DNA from: Patescibacteria group bacterium
Lineage (GTDB): Bacteria > Patescibacteriota > Minisyncoccia > Phycocordibacterales > UBA12079
Length of the DNA stretch: 45,995 bases
Assembly: GCA_018817595.1 (NCBI GenBank)
Contig: JAHITU010000002.1
Location: forward strand, 1-45,995
Direction: 5' to 3'
Part shown: piece by piece, positions 42,732-45,995 of the stretch
Layout of the letters: each line of letters begins with the position of its first letter
Numbering within the stretch: the stretch's first letter is position 1
Made by a program: the position numbers and the translations under genes
Notes under the pieces: generated by a model
What the model was told of the DNA's origin: nothing
Seen by the model: only the letters and a program-made list of their open reading frames with translations
The model's database searches: none

Positions 42732-44060
42732 ATGCAGAGAATATATATAAAAGACCTAAAAGAATATATAGACCAAGAAATCACAATCGCTGGTTGGGTG
42801 AATGTGCGTCGTGATCATGGAAAATTAATTTTCATTGATTTAAGAGACCGAACTGGGTTGGTACAAATGGTAGCTTTACCGAATCATGCCGAGGCTAGTG
42901 AAATGGCTGGTCAACTTCGTTCAGAATGGGTAATCGAAGTAAAAGGAAAAGTAAACAAGAGACCAGAAAAAATGATTAACGCTGATGAGTTAAACGGAGA
43001 TTTAGAAATCGAGATTTTAGACATAAAAATAATTTCTGAAGCTCAAGAACTACCTTTTGATAGAGAAACAGAATTAAATTTGGATACATATTTTGATAAT
43101 ATGCCTTTGACTTTAAGAACTCCTGAGAAGAAAGCAGTTTTCATAGTTCAAGCCGTAATCGTTCAAGCCTTTAGAAAATTCTTAATTTCAGAAGAATTTA
43201 CCGAAGTTCAAGCTCCTAAAATTATTGGAGCTGATGCCGAAGGAGGAGCAGGAGTTTTTGAAGTAGATTATTTTGGAAATAAAGCTTACTTAGCTACTAG
43301 TCCTCAATTCTACAAACAAATAATGGTAGGAGTATTTGAAAGAGTCTTTATGACTGGGAATGTCTTTAGAGCAGAAAAACATAGTACTTCTAGACACATC
43401 AACGAATATACTTCATTAGATTTTGAAATGGGATTTATTGAAAGTCATTTGGATATAATGAAAATGGAAAATAAATTACTGAAATTTATGGTAGGGGAGT
43501 TGAAAGAGAAATGCTCAGTAGAGTTTGAATTGTTGGGTGCAGAGATACCAGAAGTGGTTGATGAAATCCCTCATATGAAGCTAAAAGAGGCTCAGGAAGT
43601 AATTAAAAAGGAATACGGAGAAGATTGCGTAGGGGAGCCAGACTTAGAACCGCAACATGAAAGATGGCTTTGCGAATATTCTAGAAGAGAATTTAATTCA
43701 GATTTTATTTTCATTACTCATTATCCAGTAGAAAAAAGACCAATGTATACTTACGAGGATGAAAACGATAAAGGCTTCACAAAATCATTTGATTTATTGT
43801 TTAGAGGAATTGAAATAACTACAGGGGGGCAAAGAATTCATAATTATGATTCTTTAATTAAAGGGATTGAAAAGAAAGGTTTAGATCCAGAAAAGTTTTC
43901 TTTTTATCTTCAAGCTTTCAAATACGGAATGCCAGCTCATGGAGGAATTGGAATGGGATTAGAAAGATTAACTGCAAAATTCCTAGGAATCAAAAACATC
44001 AAAGAAGCGACGCTTTTCCCAAGAGAAATAAATAGGATTGATAATTTACTTAATAAGTAA
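42732..44060 (+). CDS. aspS: Aspartate--tRNA(Asp/Asn) ligase, short non-discriminating type
   Basis: OB fold GWV..RRDHGKLIFIDLRD, AEGGA, LATSPQFYKQ, FRAE, GMPAHGG.GMGLER; 442 aa, no GAD insert. Confidence 0.92.
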   Translation: MQRIYIKDLKEYIDQEITIAGWVNVRRDHGKLIFIDLRDRTGLVQMVALPNHAEASEMAGQLRSEWVIEVKGKVNKRPEKMINADELNGDLEIEILDIKIISEAQELPFDRETELNLDTYFDNMPLTLRTPEKKAVFIVQAVIVQAFRKFLISEEFTEVQAPKIIGADAEGGAGVFEVDYFGNKAYLATSPQFYKQIMVGVFERVFMTGNVFRAEKHSTSRHINEYTSLDFEMGFIESHLDIMKMENKLLKFMVGELKEKCSVEFELLGAEIPEVVDEIPHMKLKEAQEVIKKEYGEDCVGEPDLEPQHERWLCEYSRREFNSDFIFITHYPVEKRPMYTYEDENDKGFTKSFDLLFRGIEITTGGQRIHNYDSLIKGIEKKGLDPEKFSFYLQAFKYGMPAHGGIGMGLERLTAKFLGIKNIKEATLFPREINRIDNLLNK

Positions 44061-44094
44061 ATTAGAATGAAGAATTAAGAATTAGGAATTAAGA

Positions 44095-44243
44095 ACGGAT
44101 TTTGGCTTCGTCAAAATCCGTAATGAAAAGAGATTGCTTCGTGCTTCGCAATGACGGTTCGCTGGAAGCGAACCGTTACGAAAAGCAAAGCTTTTCGTCT
44201 TTGCGAGGAACAGAGCGTAGCGGAGTGACGAAGCAATCCAGAA
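44095..44243. repeat. Inverted CGTC doublet after aspS
   Basis: gagattgcttcgtgcttcgcaatgacg / cggttcgctggaagcgaaccg / acgaaaagcaaagcttttcgt / cgtctttgcgagg..gacgaagcaatccaga. Confidence 0.85.
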
Positions 44244-44247
44244 ATTA

Positions 44248-44290
44248 AACAAAGACCACTTGGAAATAACATTTCCAAGTGGTCTTTGTT
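44248..44290. terminator. Long hairpin between convergent aspS and MFS genes
   Basis: aacaaagaccacttggaaat-aac-atttccaagtggtctttgtt; second hairpin aaaaggtcggtgc-ttt-gcaccgacctttt at 44304-44332. Confidence 0.6.
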
Positions 44291-44363
44291 AATAAATAAG
44301 GATAAAAGGTCGGTGCTTTGCACCGACCTTTTCCTAAAAAGCTAAATAGCTAATCCTTACAAG

Positions 44364-45515
44364 CTATCTAGTATCTTCAATTCTTAAAGAGTATCTCAAT
44401 CCCGTCAACATTATAATTCCCAGAACTAAGAAAATGAAACGAAAATCAATGACAAGAATTGTTAGGGAAGCCAAAGCCGGACCAAAAACATAGGCAATCG
44501 GGCGGGACATCCTAAAAAAAGATATTATATCAGCATCTTTTTCGCTAACTTTTTTAAAGAAATAGGTTTCCGTCATTATCTCGATGGAAGAGGCTCCCAC
44601 TCTAGTAATAAAAAGCAAAGCACCCCAAACCCAAATCGTATTTGAAGTTATAAAAGAAAGTGACATCGTAGTTATAGCAATTATTATAATAGCTATATTT
44701 AAAATTTCTTTTTCTCCATATAATCTATCAGCTATAATACCTAAAGGTAATTGGAAAAGAACAAAAGGAAGAAGCATTATAGTAAAGATTAAACCAATTG
44801 TTTTCCAATCTAAACCAATATATTTATGAAGATAAATTGGGGAGTAAATAACCATCCAAGAGTAAAAGAATTGCAACATTGTTCTCAAAGCAAATATCCT
44901 GTAAACATCTTTCATTCTGGTGAGTTTTTTAAGAGTTTTCCAAAATGGAGTATTAGTATAAAGAGGGTCTTTAAAATTTCTAAAATATGTAAATAAAATT
45001 AAAATAAAAGGGATTACCATTAAAGAAGCTAGTCCATAAATCTTCCAATAATCTCCGTTGGTCAATAGTAATCCAACAAGAAAAGGAGAAGTTAACCAGG
45101 CTAGATTAGATATAGTTAAATACAGACCACGAATATTTCCTGTTTCTAAATCATTAGATTGTTCTTCTAATAAAATGTCTAAATTCAGGAAGGCTATTAC
45201 ATGCATGGTTATGTAAATAACAAAAACAGGGATAATTATAATTGGATTTTGACTAAAAGCTAGAATAATTAAAGAAATGAAACTAGTTGTAAACAAAGCA
45301 ATAACCATCTTGTAGTTTCCTATTTTCCTTAATATTCTAGGGGCAAAAGTTAAACAGATAATAGCGAGAATAGAACTAATTGTATATAAGATACCAATAG
45401 CTTTTTCAGGAACAAATTGCTCCATAAAACTGGAATTAATATACCCTGGAAGGGAAATTGTTAAAGCTCCTAATAATCCTAAAATATAAATAACTGATCT
45501 TAATTTCTTTTTCAT
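44364..45515 (-). CDS. MFS transporter
   Basis: About 12 TM helices, PLGIIADRLYGEK motif-A-like sequence. Confidence 0.88.
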   Translation of the reverse strand: MKKKLRSVIYILGLLGALTISLPGYINSSFMEQFVPEKAIGILYTISSILAIICLTFAPRILRKIGNYKMVIALFTTSFISLIILAFSQNPIIIIPVFVIYITMHVIAFLNLDILLEEQSNDLETGNIRGLYLTISNLAWLTSPFLVGLLLTNGDYWKIYGLASLMVIPFILILFTYFRNFKDPLYTNTPFWKTLKKLTRMKDVYRIFALRTMLQFFYSWMVIYSPIYLHKYIGLDWKTIGLIFTIMLLPFVLFQLPLGIIADRLYGEKEILNIAIIIIAITTMSLSFITSNTIWVWGALLFITRVGASSIEIMTETYFFKKVSEKDADIISFFRMSRPIAYVFGPALASLTILVIDFRFIFLVLGIIMLTGLRYSLRIEDTR

Positions 45516-45627
45516 AATTCATATTATATCATTTCTTTTTATTTAGCACATTTTCCAGATCAAATAAACTATATATAATTAAAAAGAGCGAGGCTTTAGC
45601 CTCGCTCTTTCTCTAACTAATCTCATA

Positions 45628-45648
45628 AACCACCGGCTTCAGCCGGTG
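45628..45648. repeat. IS200 left-end subterminal hairpin
   Basis: aac-caccggc-ttca-gccggtg upstream of tnpA. Confidence 0.7.
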
Positions 45649-45735
45649 TGTGCGTTTGAAGCGTAGCGTTTAGTAAACCTAATAAAGTAAAATTACCTTG
45701 GTCGATATATATTATCAACTAAGGTAATTTTAGCT

Positions 45736-45995
45736 ATGGCAAATTCAAGAATTTACAAAACTTTGAGTCATTCCACATGGCGTTGTGAATATCATGTAGT
45801 TTGGACACCAAAGTATCGAGGTAAAGTACTTGCCGATAGGTATATTAAAGCTGAATTGAAAAGAATATTCAAGCAAATAGCCAAATGGAAAAAATTAAAT
45901 ATACTAGCGTGGCATGTAGGAGATGAACATATACATCTCTATCTCTCTATCCCTCCTAAATATTCAGTTTCCTACACTATGAATATTATGAAAGG
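45736..45995 (+). mobile_element. tnpA: IS200/IS605-family transposase, 5' part, truncated by window end (not in ORF track)
   Basis: MANSRIYKTLSHSTWRCEYHVVWTPKYRGKVL..DEHIHL; last 141 nt equal the first 141 nt of the window. Confidence 0.95.

Noticed and set aside
2173-45000. Short antisense or alternate-frame ORFs inside large genes
   Set aside because: Shadow ORFs fully overlapping well-supported genes
1-45995. tRNA, rRNA or tmRNA genes
   Set aside because: No cloverleaf with T-loop and acceptor stem, and no rRNA-like segment, recognised in any intergenic region

Overview
AT-rich bacterial contig whose gene content and style point to Patescibacteria/CPR, probably Parcubacteria (inference). 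The evidence is a giant GNVGIGT-repeat surface protein with S74 chaperone domains, a short AlaRS, a short non-discriminating-type AspRS, mostly SD-less genes and palindrome-rich spacers. Both ends lie inside the same IS200 tnpA (bases 1-141 = 45855-45995), most likely an assembly break at a repeat. The left 14.5 kb is accessory: a RAYT flanked by GTAG REPs, a 2686-aa modular adhesin-like protein, a GIY-YIG nuclease flanked by CGTC repeats, a HigBA-like toxin-antitoxin pair and an Ig-like surface protein. The rest is mostly housekeeping: gap, rpiB, murA, mreB, holB-like, dut, UDG, alaS, infA-rpmJ-rpsM-rpsK-rpsD-rpoA-rplQ-rplM-rpsI, grpE-dnaK-dnaJ, tyrS, trpS, aspS and an MFS transporter, plus HicBA and MazEF. 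The most striking signal is non-coding: at least seven families of small palindromic elements. They nest inside one another, fill whole r-protein spacers, supply start and stop codons, and sit in frame inside proteins. Also notable are a T-box with an apparently ultra-short Stem I before aspS and a candidate Ala-rich leader peptide before alaS. All calls come from reading the sequence; no searches were run.
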